From IMG/VR virus record IMGVR_UViG_3300044724_006057, positions 1-26,709 of that record: a DNA stretch of 26,709 bases; one strand, written 5' to 3'. Both the position numbers and the translations under genes were made by a program. The first letter of the stretch is position 1. Every line of letters begins with the position of its first letter. The notes below the pieces were generated by a model. That model saw only the letters and a program-made list of their open reading frames with translations. It did not search any database and was not told where the DNA came from. Below are positions 9,606-17,600 of the stretch, in pieces. The DNA is from a virus (lineage: Duplodnaviria > Caudoviricetes).

Positions 9606-9736
9606 GAAATAGAATGAGAATTAATAAAGGTACATTTGGAAAGAAAGCACTGGTAGCTAACACTAGTTCTGCTAGTGGGTTGTTTTCTTTGAATGACGTT
9701 GGAGACGAACAACGCGATAGTAATTGGCCTACGATG
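9548..9736 (+). repeat. Direct repeat copy 2 (189 bp) spanning the paralog 3/4 junction
   Basis: Partner of 8577..8765. Confidence 0.9.
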
Positions 9737-10486
9737 CCACCTGCTTCAGCAACGGTTGAATTACTACTTGTTGCCGGCGGAGGTGGTGGTGGCACTGGCT
9801 TAGGTTGGCAATTGGCAACCGGTGGAGGCGGTGGTGGAGCCGGTGGTATGACTTCCAATAGCTCAGTTACGCTATCCGGCTCAGTAGTATATACTGTAGC
9901 CGTAGGTGCAGGAGGTGCTACGGGTGTTAACGGCAGTAATACTTTTATATCTGGCACTGGTCTTACCACTATATCTACATTAGGAGGTGGTACACAGGGT
10001 GCAGCAGGTGGATCTGGTGGCGGTCAAAACGTAGGATTTGCTGGAGGAGCAGGAACTCCTGGCCAGGGTAACCCAGGCGGAGGCGGTGGTGGACAATACA
10101 GCCCTGCAGGGGGCGGCGGTGGAGCTGGATCTGCTGGTACAGGATCAGACAACGTAAATGGTGGTCCAGGAGGCTCCGGACTCAGTAGTAGTGTAACGGG
10201 TTCGGCCGTAACGTACGCTGGTGGCGGAGGCGGCGGTACTGGTGGTACGGGAGGTACTGGAGGCGGTGGTAATTCCGGAGCTCCTGGATCTGCAGGAACT
10301 GCCAATTTAGGTGGTGGCGGCGGTGGTGGTAATACTAATAATGGTACCGGCGCCGCTGGTGGATCAGGTGTCCTAATTCTAAGAACTTTATCTACAGCAA
10401 CTGCAACTACAGGCTCGCCTACCATCAGTACTGATGGGTCTTATAACATTTACCAGTTCACTGGTTCAGGATCAATTACTTTTTAA
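9614..10486 (+). CDS. Glycine-rich putative adhesin, paralog 4 of 5
   Basis: 290 aa. The first 41 aa match paralog 3 except at one residue, then the two diverge. Confidence 0.8.
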   Translation: MRINKGTFGKKALVANTSSASGLFSLNDVGDEQRDSNWPTMPPASATVELLLVAGGGGGGTGLGWQLATGGGGGGAGGMTSNSSVTLSGSVVYTVAVGAGGATGVNGSNTFISGTGLTTISTLGGGTQGAAGGSGGGQNVGFAGGAGTPGQGNPGGGGGGQYSPAGGGGGAGSAGTGSDNVNGGPGGSGLSSSVTGSAVTYAGGGGGGTGGTGGTGGGGNSGAPGSAGTANLGGGGGGGNTNNGTGAAGGSGVLILRTLSTATATTGSPTISTDGSYNIYQFTGSGSITF

Positions 10487-10487
10487 G
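10397..10487 (+). repeat. Direct repeat (91 bp) shared by the 3' ends of paralogs 4 and 5
   Basis: Matches 11393..11483 at an offset of 996 with 7 mismatches by manual alignment. Confidence 0.8.
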
Positions 10488-10495
10488 GAGTTACC

Positions 10496-11482
10496 GTGTC
10501 TCGTAGAAATTCAGGTACCGTTGGCAAAAAAGCAATTGCAGCTAATACTAGCTCTGCAAGTGGTATTTTTACAGTAAATGACGCCGCATACGAAAACGCT
10601 GCCGGCAATTGGCCATCGATGCCACTGTTAATGGACGTGTTAGTTATCGCGGGCGGTGGTGGTGGTGGCGGCGCTGGGTATAATTCTGCCGGTGGCGGCG
10701 GAGGCGGTGGTGCTGGTGGTATGGTTTATCAGACTGGGCTAGCTGTTTCACCAGGAGACATATTCGATTGCGTCATAGGTAGTGGCGGTACCGCAGGTAG
10801 TCAAACAAATTCCACTAGTGGAACTAACAGTCAGATGTCTGGCGGTAGCATAACTTCAATATATGGTTACGGTGGTGGCGGTGGCGGTATTGGCTATTTA
10901 AACAATCAAAGCAGTGCTGCAAGTAATGTAAAGGCTGGTGGTTCTGGTGGAGGAGCCGGCGGATATGCTGGTGCGTTCTGGCAAACTCCTGGTGGCGCCG
11001 CATCACCAGCTGGCCAAGGTAATCCGGGTGGACCATCACATACGGGCCCCATCGACGGTGGCGGCGGCGGTGGTGGTGGAGCCGGCGGCTCAGGTTCAGG
11101 CGGTACGCAAGCAGGAGCTGGAGCGAACGGCGGTATAGGTATGACGTCTTCTATTACTGGTTCTGCAGTATACTACGCCGGCGGCGGTGGCGGAGCTGAG
11201 GCAAGAGATGGTTATGGAGGTAACGGTAATGGTGGTGCAGGCGGCGGCGGTACCGGTAATGTCAACTTTATTGGAATGACTGGCGCTGTAAATACTGGTG
11301 GCGGTGGTGGTGGCCAAGTTGGCTTCCGTGGTACAACTCCTCATCCCGGTACCGGTGGTTCGGGTGTAATTATTATTCGAACAGGGGCTACTGCAACTGC
11401 AACTACAGGCTCGCCTACCGTCAGTACTGATGGGTCTTATAACATATATAAGTTCACCGGATCTGGATCAATTACTTTTTAA
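10496..11482 (+). CDS. Glycine-rich putative adhesin, paralog 5 of 5
   Basis: 328 aa, GTG start with AAGGAG SD. Same leader and GSITF C-terminus. Confidence 0.8.
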   Translation: MSRRNSGTVGKKAIAANTSSASGIFTVNDAAYENAAGNWPSMPLLMDVLVIAGGGGGGGAGYNSAGGGGGGGAGGMVYQTGLAVSPGDIFDCVIGSGGTAGSQTNSTSGTNSQMSGGSITSIYGYGGGGGGIGYLNNQSSAASNVKAGGSGGGAGGYAGAFWQTPGGAASPAGQGNPGGPSHTGPIDGGGGGGGGAGGSGSGGTQAGAGANGGIGMTSSITGSAVYYAGGGGGAEARDGYGGNGNGGAGGGGTGNVNFIGMTGAVNTGGGGGGQVGFRGTTPHPGTGGSGVIIIRTGATATATTGSPTVSTDGSYNIYKFTGSGSITF

Positions 11483-11494
11483 GAGGAAACAAAA

Positions 11495-11860
11495 ATGGCA
11501 CATTTTGCTGAACTAGGCATAGATAATATTGTCAATCGAGTTATTGTAGTTCACAACAACGAATTATTAGACGGTGACGGCGTAGAGCAAGAGCACTTGG
11601 GTGTTGCATTTTGTAACAATTTGTTTGGTGGTACGTGGATTCAAACTTCGTACAACGGAAATATTAGAGCTCGATTTGCAGGCGTAGGTTACACTTATAA
11701 TAGCTCACTAGATGCTTTTATCGCTCCTAAGCCTTACGACAGTTGGGTACTTAATAACGAAACCACTGTGTGGGAAGCTCCAGTAGCAATGCCTGATGAT
11801 GGCCAGGAATATGATTGGGACGAAGAGAATACTCAATGGGTGGTAAGACCGTCCGAATAA
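11495..11860 (+). CDS. Acidic small phage protein (MAHFA...WIQTSYN...WEAPV type), possible fibre chaperone or accessory protein
   Basis: 121 aa, GAGG SD. I recognise the motif pattern from phage proteins that follow glycine-rich genes. The chaperone role is inference from position. Confidence 0.6.
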   Translation: MAHFAELGIDNIVNRVIVVHNNELLDGDGVEQEHLGVAFCNNLFGGTWIQTSYNGNIRARFAGVGYTYNSSLDAFIAPKPYDSWVLNNETTVWEAPVAMPDDGQEYDWDEENTQWVVRPSE

Positions 11861-11863
11861 ATA
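11856..11863 (+). promoter_or_regulatory. Possible variant late promoter (AATAAATA) overlapping the upstream stop
   Basis: 7/8 match to TATAAATA, 30 nt upstream of the 11893 start. Confidence 0.4.
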
Positions 11864-11892
11864 ATTAGTAACCTTGAAATTATGGATCATGA

Positions 11893-13575
11893 ATGGCGGT
11901 CAACTTTCCAGACAATCCCTCAAGCGGCCAGACGGTAACCTTTGGTTCGACAACCTATACCTACAATTCCACAAAAGGTATATGGACGTCTGGCTCGTCT
12001 AGCTCAACAAGCACGGACAATTATTTAGAGGTAGCTAACAGTGTCGTCTTTGTAACGAAGCCCGATGCTGTTGCCTCTAATAATGCTATTAAGGTTCTTA
12101 TAGACGATCGTCTTCAAGTAGCAAACCTCCAGCCTCAGTTAGACAAGTATCTACAGGTAGCTAACGTATCAAGCTATGCCTTTTCTAGCGAAAAAGTGTT
12201 TACTGTTACTAACAGTGGTTCAGGCGCATACAAGTTCTATGGCGTTGGTACTGGTGCAGATGCATCCCAAGCCAACAGTAACCCTACTTTATATTTGTCT
12301 CGTGGTGAAAAGTATACATTTAATGTAAATGCTTCCGGTCACCCTTTCTACATTAATACTACAAACGCTACCGGTACAGGTAATGCTTTTGCTAACGGCG
12401 TAATAAACAACGGCGCTGCAGTTGGTAACGTAGTGTTCACAGTGCCAATGAACGCACCTGATACTCTGCATTACAACTGCCAATACCATTCAAGCATGAA
12501 TGGAACGATCTATGTTTTATCCCAGACGTCGACAGATACAGCCAGCTTTCAAACTAAGGCGGATGCTACTGCAGCTAACAACGCTCTATTGTCTCTAATA
12601 CAAGATAGATTACAAGTTGCAAATCTTCAACCGCAACTAGACAAATACCTACAAGTAGCAAATGGAATTTCACTCACCGCCTTCGATGTAATCACGGCTA
12701 CTCCTAGTGGCAACGGCTCTTTAATCTACACTAGTGCAAATGGATCGTTTACCTTTACACCTGCCAACGCTACTCAAGGTAGCGGCGGTGGTGCCTCAGT
12801 AACTGTATCAGATGCTGCCCCAAGTAGTCCGTCCGATGGTGATCTTTGGTTTGATTCTGAAGATCTGATCATGTACGTATACTACAATGATGGGAGTTCT
12901 AGTCAATGGGTCAAGACAAGTCCGTCTAGTTCTACCGACTTATCAGGTTACCTACAAGTAGCCAATGCCGTAAATTTGACCTCTCTTGACGTCATTACAT
13001 CTACACCAAGCGGTAATGGTTCATTAATATACAACAGCTCCAATGGCTCGTTTACATTTACACCTGCCAATGCTACCCAGGGTGGTGGAGGTGGAGGCGG
13101 TGCTTCTGTAACTTCATCCGATACAGCACCATCTAGTCCAAGCGCTGGTGATCTTTGGTTCCACACTACCCAACTAAAACTGTACGTATACTATTCAGAC
13201 GGATCGTCTAACCAATGGATTCAGACTAATAGTGGTGTAGGAAACAGGGTTGATGAGTTTATTAAAGCATATAGATATCAGGGCACACTTGCAATAAATA
13301 CAGGTGATACTAGATTATACCTACAAGATAGTTACATACTAAAGGGTATACACGCTTATGTTGACGCTGCACCGACAGGTTCTAGTGTCATTGCAGATGT
13401 AAAGAAAAACGGTAGCTCGTTACAAACGATTACAGTTGCTGCTGGAGCAACTACTGCATCTAATACTAGTTTAAGCCATACGTTTCTAAGTGGTGATTAC
13501 CTTACAGTTGATATCACCCAAGTAGGTTCATCAACTGCTGGCACAAATCTGTACATGGTTTTTACATTTAACTAA
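11893..13575 (+). CDS. Putative virion fibre: MAVNFP module, LQVAN stalk, cupredoxin-like domain, two GDLW modules, C-terminal beta domain
   Basis: 560 aa. NPTLYLSRGEKYTF..GHPFYI..LHYNCQYHSSMNGTIYV. Duplicated GNGSLIY..NGSFTFTPANATQG..APSSPS.GDLWF unit. Confidence 0.8.
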   Translation: MAVNFPDNPSSGQTVTFGSTTYTYNSTKGIWTSGSSSSTSTDNYLEVANSVVFVTKPDAVASNNAIKVLIDDRLQVANLQPQLDKYLQVANVSSYAFSSEKVFTVTNSGSGAYKFYGVGTGADASQANSNPTLYLSRGEKYTFNVNASGHPFYINTTNATGTGNAFANGVINNGAAVGNVVFTVPMNAPDTLHYNCQYHSSMNGTIYVLSQTSTDTASFQTKADATAANNALLSLIQDRLQVANLQPQLDKYLQVANGISLTAFDVITATPSGNGSLIYTSANGSFTFTPANATQGSGGGASVTVSDAAPSSPSDGDLWFDSEDLIMYVYYNDGSSSQWVKTSPSSSTDLSGYLQVANAVNLTSLDVITSTPSGNGSLIYNSSNGSFTFTPANATQGGGGGGGASVTSSDTAPSSPSAGDLWFHTTQLKLYVYYSDGSSNQWIQTNSGVGNRVDEFIKAYRYQGTLAINTGDTRLYLQDSYILKGIHAYVDAAPTGSSVIADVKKNGSSLQTITVAAGATTASNTSLSHTFLSGDYLTVDITQVGSSTAGTNLYMVFTFN

Positions 13576-13585
13576 AGGGTTTACA

Positions 13586-14854
13586 ATGTACGCACATCTA
13601 TATTTTGACTCAGGCACGGCCACCGGTGAAATCGTTAGAGATATAGTTAGGTTAATTACTAGCTCTACGTCTACTACTGCTAGTCTTGCTGGTCTAGAAT
13701 TTATTAATACTGGTAGCTCTACGGTCGTTGGTGGTAACAGTGGTTGGAGTCTAAATTCAAACTCACCAACTATTCCTTCTTCGGGCACAGCGGTTAGTAC
13801 TAGTGATGCTTATTTTATTCTAGAAGCATCGTGTACTACAGTTTCTAAAACTAAGTATTGTAGTATTCAATCTAATTGTGATTGGACTTCCTCTGACGTT
13901 ACACAGGCCACCCCAACAACTATTGGAGGCGGAGCTACTGCTTTCAATATGTCCAACGTACTAGATCCTGGCGCTGCTACTGAAATGTACAGCGCTGGAT
14001 ATGACGGTACTGGTGCTAACTATACAGATGTAAATGGTATTGTAGCAACCGCAGATTTTTCTGATAACGGTATCCACATCTTTGCCGACTCTACTCGAAT
14101 ACTAATACACGGTAAGGATGGTAATCAAAATACGGTACTTTTGGGTAACGCTGAGTTTGCAGAAACATCTACTACCACTCATCAGAGTCTTGTACCACAG
14201 TGTAATTTTCTTGTTAACGAACAAAGGATTATCAATGGATTAGACTTGGCCAGTTACAGAGGAGAGGCGGCTTCGATATGGTTGGTTGAACAGGCCTCTA
14301 CCAGTTTCTTTCAATTAAGTGAAGCCACATATTCATATAATCCAAACTTTTTAGGTAAAATACGAACTGCTGGCTGGATGGAAAAAAGTGGTAGTGTCGC
14401 TAACTATGGAGGAGCTTATCGAGGTACTGCTTACCTAGATGACGGTACAACGACTGGCAGTACTACTAGTTCAACCACTGTAGGTTATGGCACACAACAA
14501 AACCAAGGTATGATAGGAACTGCTGCTGCTTTAAGTTTGTTTGGTACAGGCTTCATGGATACTACGGTTAACGATAACACCGGTTATGATAATCTGTGGG
14601 GCAGAAGTACGGCTCTAGCATATGATTCTTCAGGTAATGTAGGCCTCGCTTTGAGAAAAGTGTTTTGGGAAGTAGATCCAAACTGGAATAATGACGTGCT
14701 GGATATAAGCGGTATCAGTAACTTTTGGAGATGCGCTGCTGCATTGGGTTCAGATGGTGATACTATCACAATAGGTTCAGACGTATATGTTTATCTTAAT
14801 ATGATACCATCAGCTCCGGAAACATTAGGTGCATTCTTAGTCAAGAGAACTTAA
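13586..14854 (+). CDS. Hypothetical protein, probably virion-associated
   Basis: 422-aa Thr/Ser/Gly-rich ORF, tightly packed and co-oriented with the fibre genes. No motif recognised. Confidence 0.6.
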   Translation: MYAHLYFDSGTATGEIVRDIVRLITSSTSTTASLAGLEFINTGSSTVVGGNSGWSLNSNSPTIPSSGTAVSTSDAYFILEASCTTVSKTKYCSIQSNCDWTSSDVTQATPTTIGGGATAFNMSNVLDPGAATEMYSAGYDGTGANYTDVNGIVATADFSDNGIHIFADSTRILIHGKDGNQNTVLLGNAEFAETSTTTHQSLVPQCNFLVNEQRIINGLDLASYRGEAASIWLVEQASTSFFQLSEATYSYNPNFLGKIRTAGWMEKSGSVANYGGAYRGTAYLDDGTTTGSTTSSTTVGYGTQQNQGMIGTAAALSLFGTGFMDTTVNDNTGYDNLWGRSTALAYDSSGNVGLALRKVFWEVDPNWNNDVLDISGISNFWRCAAALGSDGDTITIGSDVYVYLNMIPSAPETLGAFLVKRT

Positions 14855-14855
14855 C

Positions 14856-15050
14856 ATGGCCGCTTTACAAATTACAGTTAGTGGTTCAGCGCAGGACGTA
14901 ACAGCGTTACACATAGTAGAGTTTAATGCAGCTAACACCGTTGTATTTTTAGCAAATACTTTTTCAATTAATAACAAGTACGATCGTTTAATTGAAGTAG
15001 GTCCAGCTATTACAGCAACAGCTGCAGCAGATCCAGAGAGTTGGGAATAA
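14856..15050 (+). CDS. Hypothetical protein
   Basis: 64 aa with 1-nt spacing to both neighbours (TAAcATG junctions), consistent with translational coupling. Confidence 0.6.
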   Translation: MAALQITVSGSAQDVTALHIVEFNAANTVVFLANTFSINNKYDRLIEVGPAITATAAADPESWE

Positions 15051-15051
15051 C

Positions 15052-15303
15052 ATGGAACAGCTAACTATAAACAAACATTATACGGACAGTACTGGTAAAG
15101 TTCTGTATCTTGATGTAACCTTAAGTTTGACACAAGGTGGATTGACCAAATCTGCTAATAATATTTTTTCTGTGAATCTTAATGAATATAGTGAAGACGT
15201 GGCTAAGAAGATAGTAATATCAAAATATCCTCAGTACCCAATGCTTCAAACGAAAGTACATTATTTGTTTCATCTGGCTAATCTAACGGAAACAGAAGTG
15301 TAA
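15052..15303 (+). CDS. Hypothetical protein
   Basis: 83 aa; tiles the gap between neighbours exactly. Confidence 0.55.
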   Translation: MEQLTINKHYTDSTGKVLYLDVTLSLTQGGLTKSANNIFSVNLNEYSEDVAKKIVISKYPQYPMLQTKVHYLFHLANLTETEV

Positions 15304-15306
15304 TCT

Positions 15307-15915
15307 ATGGCTGTTAACTTTCCAGATAGTCCCACTAACGGACAAGAGTTTACAACTAACGGTACTACGTTTGTCTATAACTCTACAGACGGAAGATGGG
15401 ATGCGACACAGACACCTGTTTTCGATCAGTACTTGGAAGTAGCTAACAGTACTGGTTTTATTACTCAGTCTACGCTAGACGGATACTTGCAAGTATCTAA
15501 CACATCTAGTTTTACAACATTAACTTCGTTTAATGTTCTGACTAGTACCGCTAGCGGCAATGGTTCATTGTCCTACAGTAGCTCAAATGGCTCATTCACT
15601 TTTACTCCAGCGAACCTAACTGAAAATAGTCCGTCAGTTGTGTACGCACTAAGCGGTACAGATATTGATCCAACTAACGGTGGAATACAAACTAAAACAT
15701 TATCTGCAGACACTACATTTACTGAATCTTTGACTAACGGTGATAGTGTTGTGCTTATGCTTAATGCTGGAGCTTCTTACACTGTTACTTGGCCTACTAT
15801 CACTTGGGTAACGAGCAACGGTAACGCGGCACCAACTTTGACTGCCAACGATACACTTGTATTCTGGAAAGTGGGTTCTACTCTGTACGGAGCCTACGTA
15901 GGTAGCTACACGTAA
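15307..15915 (+). CDS. Short fibre stalk/adaptor: MAVNFP module, LQVAN-type repeats, C-terminal beta domain
   Basis: 202 aa. C-terminal IDPTNGGIQTKTL...TVTWPTITW...APTLT domain. Stop overlaps the next ATG (TAATG). Confidence 0.75.
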   Translation: MAVNFPDSPTNGQEFTTNGTTFVYNSTDGRWDATQTPVFDQYLEVANSTGFITQSTLDGYLQVSNTSSFTTLTSFNVLTSTASGNGSLSYSSSNGSFTFTPANLTENSPSVVYALSGTDIDPTNGGIQTKTLSADTTFTESLTNGDSVVLMLNAGASYTVTWPTITWVTSNGNAAPTLTANDTLVFWKVGSTLYGAYVGSYT

Positions 15916-17600
15916 TGGATAACTTAGCAGTATCGTTACGAGCCGCTGCCGGCAATGTAAGTACAGGTGGAGGCGCAACCAATCCTAATGCATGGGACAT
16001 TTCGTATGCAGAGTTAGATCATACTAACTCATCCAATTTTTTTGATATAGATGAAATGTTACTTGCAAGCAGTACTGGTGTAGGCACACAGGAAGCAAAC
16101 CCAAGAGGATTATTCTTTAAGCCTGATGGTACTAAAATGTACATTACCGGAAATTCTGGTGATGATGTAAACGAATACGATTTAAGTACTGCGTGGGATC
16201 CAGCTACAGCTACCTTCAATCAGGTCTTTTCCGTATCTTCACAAGAAGCCACGCCATCAGGTGTCCACTTTAAACCCGATGGTACTAAAATGTATATTAT
16301 AGGATATACTGGCGATGATATAAACGAATACGACCTTAGTACAGCTTGGGATGTTAGCACCGCTAGCTATCAGCAAAATTTTTCTGTAGCCTCACAAGAA
16401 GCTACTCCGGAAGATTTGTGGTTCAAGCCGGATGGTACTAAAATGTATATAACTGGCACAACATCCGATATTGTGAGGGAATACGATTTAAGTACTGCTT
16501 GGGATATCAGTACGGCTAGCTATTCTCAAGGTTTCAACTTAATATCACCAACTAACTACGAAGGTGGTTCTAGAGGCTTATGGTTTAACTCTGATGGTAC
16601 TGGAATGTGGGTATCTGGAACATCTGGCGATGGAGTTGATGAATTCTCATTAAGCACTGCATGGGACGTGACCACTGCTAGTCACGTTCAGTACTTAAAT
16701 TTATATAGCACTAGCATTTTTACATCTGCTGGAGCTACTGGTACTGCCGAGACCAATCCAATGGCAATCTTTTTTAAACCTGAAGGTGATAAGTTCTTTA
16801 TGGTAGGTAATGGCCAGGATAAAGTACATACTTATAAAGTTGGTGTTAAATATCTAGATGTAAGCAGTGAAGAACTAACCCCAAACTCAATATCTTTCAA
16901 ATCTAATGGTACTAAAATGTACATATTAGGTAGCAGTGGCGATGATATTAACGAGTATGATTTAAGTACTGCTTGGGATGTATCAACGGCGACTTACTCA
17001 CAAACTGGATCTGTAAAATCAGATAATAGCGTCATGACAGCTCCACAAGGAATGTTTTTTAAAGATGACGGAACTAAAGTTTATGTAACAGGTCAATCTA
17101 GTGATGTCGTAGGTGAGTACGACCTTAGTACAGCTTGGGATATAAGTACTATGAGTCACAATCAAAACTTCTCAGTAGCATCACAAGAGGCTACTCCTGC
17201 AGGCGTTTGCTTTAAAGATGATGGTACTAAGATGTATGTTACTGGATATACCAGTGATAATGTTCTAGAATATGATTTAAGTACTGCTTGGGATGTTAGT
17301 ACTGCTAGTTATTCTCAGGCGTTTAGTGTCAATTCACAAGAAGCTGCACCGAGAGGCGTGGTTTTTAAAACAGATGGCACCAAGATGTATATTGCTGGAT
17401 CTAATGGTGATGAAATTAATGAATACGACCTTAGCACTGCATGGGATGTTAGTACTGCTACGTTTAACCAAAATTTTAAAGAATCCATAGTGCAAGAAAC
17501 TGTTTTAACTGATGTATTCTTTAAACCAGATGGCACAAGGTTTTGGATAACAGGCAGAACAAATGATAACGTATACCAATACAATATACGGAGTAGTTAA
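15915..17600 (+). CDS. Beta-propeller repeat protein, putative adhesin head (10 repeats)
   Basis: 561 aa. Ten F(K/N)x(D/E/N)G(T/D)-type repeats of roughly 50 aa, eight followed by LSTAWD. Confidence 0.8.
   Translation: MDNLAVSLRAAAGNVSTGGGATNPNAWDISYAELDHTNSSNFFDIDEMLLASSTGVGTQEANPRGLFFKPDGTKMYITGNSGDDVNEYDLSTAWDPATATFNQVFSVSSQEATPSGVHFKPDGTKMYIIGYTGDDINEYDLSTAWDVSTASYQQNFSVASQEATPEDLWFKPDGTKMYITGTTSDIVREYDLSTAWDISTASYSQGFNLISPTNYEGGSRGLWFNSDGTGMWVSGTSGDGVDEFSLSTAWDVTTASHVQYLNLYSTSIFTSAGATGTAETNPMAIFFKPEGDKFFMVGNGQDKVHTYKVGVKYLDVSSEELTPNSISFKSNGTKMYILGSSGDDINEYDLSTAWDVSTATYSQTGSVKSDNSVMTAPQGMFFKDDGTKVYVTGQSSDVVGEYDLSTAWDISTMSHNQNFSVASQEATPAGVCFKDDGTKMYVTGYTSDNVLEYDLSTAWDVSTASYSQAFSVNSQEAAPRGVVFKTDGTKMYIAGSNGDEINEYDLSTAWDVSTATFNQNFKESIVQETVLTDVFFKPDGTRFWITGRTNDNVYQYNIRSS

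Noticed and set aside
8577-9736. Diversity-generating retroelement template/variable repeat pair
   Set aside because: The mismatches (C/T x3, C/G x2, C/A, G/T) are not adenine-specific, the repeat covers constant rather than variable regions, and no reverse transcriptase is in the window.
6922-11344. Proline-rich minus-strand ORFs and short alternate-frame plus-strand ORFs over the glycine-rich genes
   Set aside because: These are shadows of GGN codon runs, which lack stops in other frames. They have no SD or independent motif.
6731-11482. Shufflon or invertible tail-fibre cassette
   Set aside because: All paralogs are complete, co-oriented and have their own start and SD. No inverted crossover sites or recombinase are visible.
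7628-11482. Stop-codon reassignment (TAG read as sense)
   Set aside because: TAG and TAA occupy the same position after GSITF in the paralogs, and core genes are intact under the standard code.
12190-12520. Photosynthetic plastocyanin (petE) auxiliary gene implying a cyanophage
   Set aside because: The domain is embedded in a fibre-like protein with no signal peptide and has a shorter ligand loop than plastocyanin. It does not identify the host.
16170-17460. CRISPR-like regularly spaced repeats (GA(T/C)(T/C)T(A/T)AG(T/C)AC(T/A)GC.TGGGA)
   Set aside because: They encode the DLSTAWD protein repeat in frame, vary at third positions, and have ~150-bp spacing with mutually similar intervening sequence. 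No cas genes are present.
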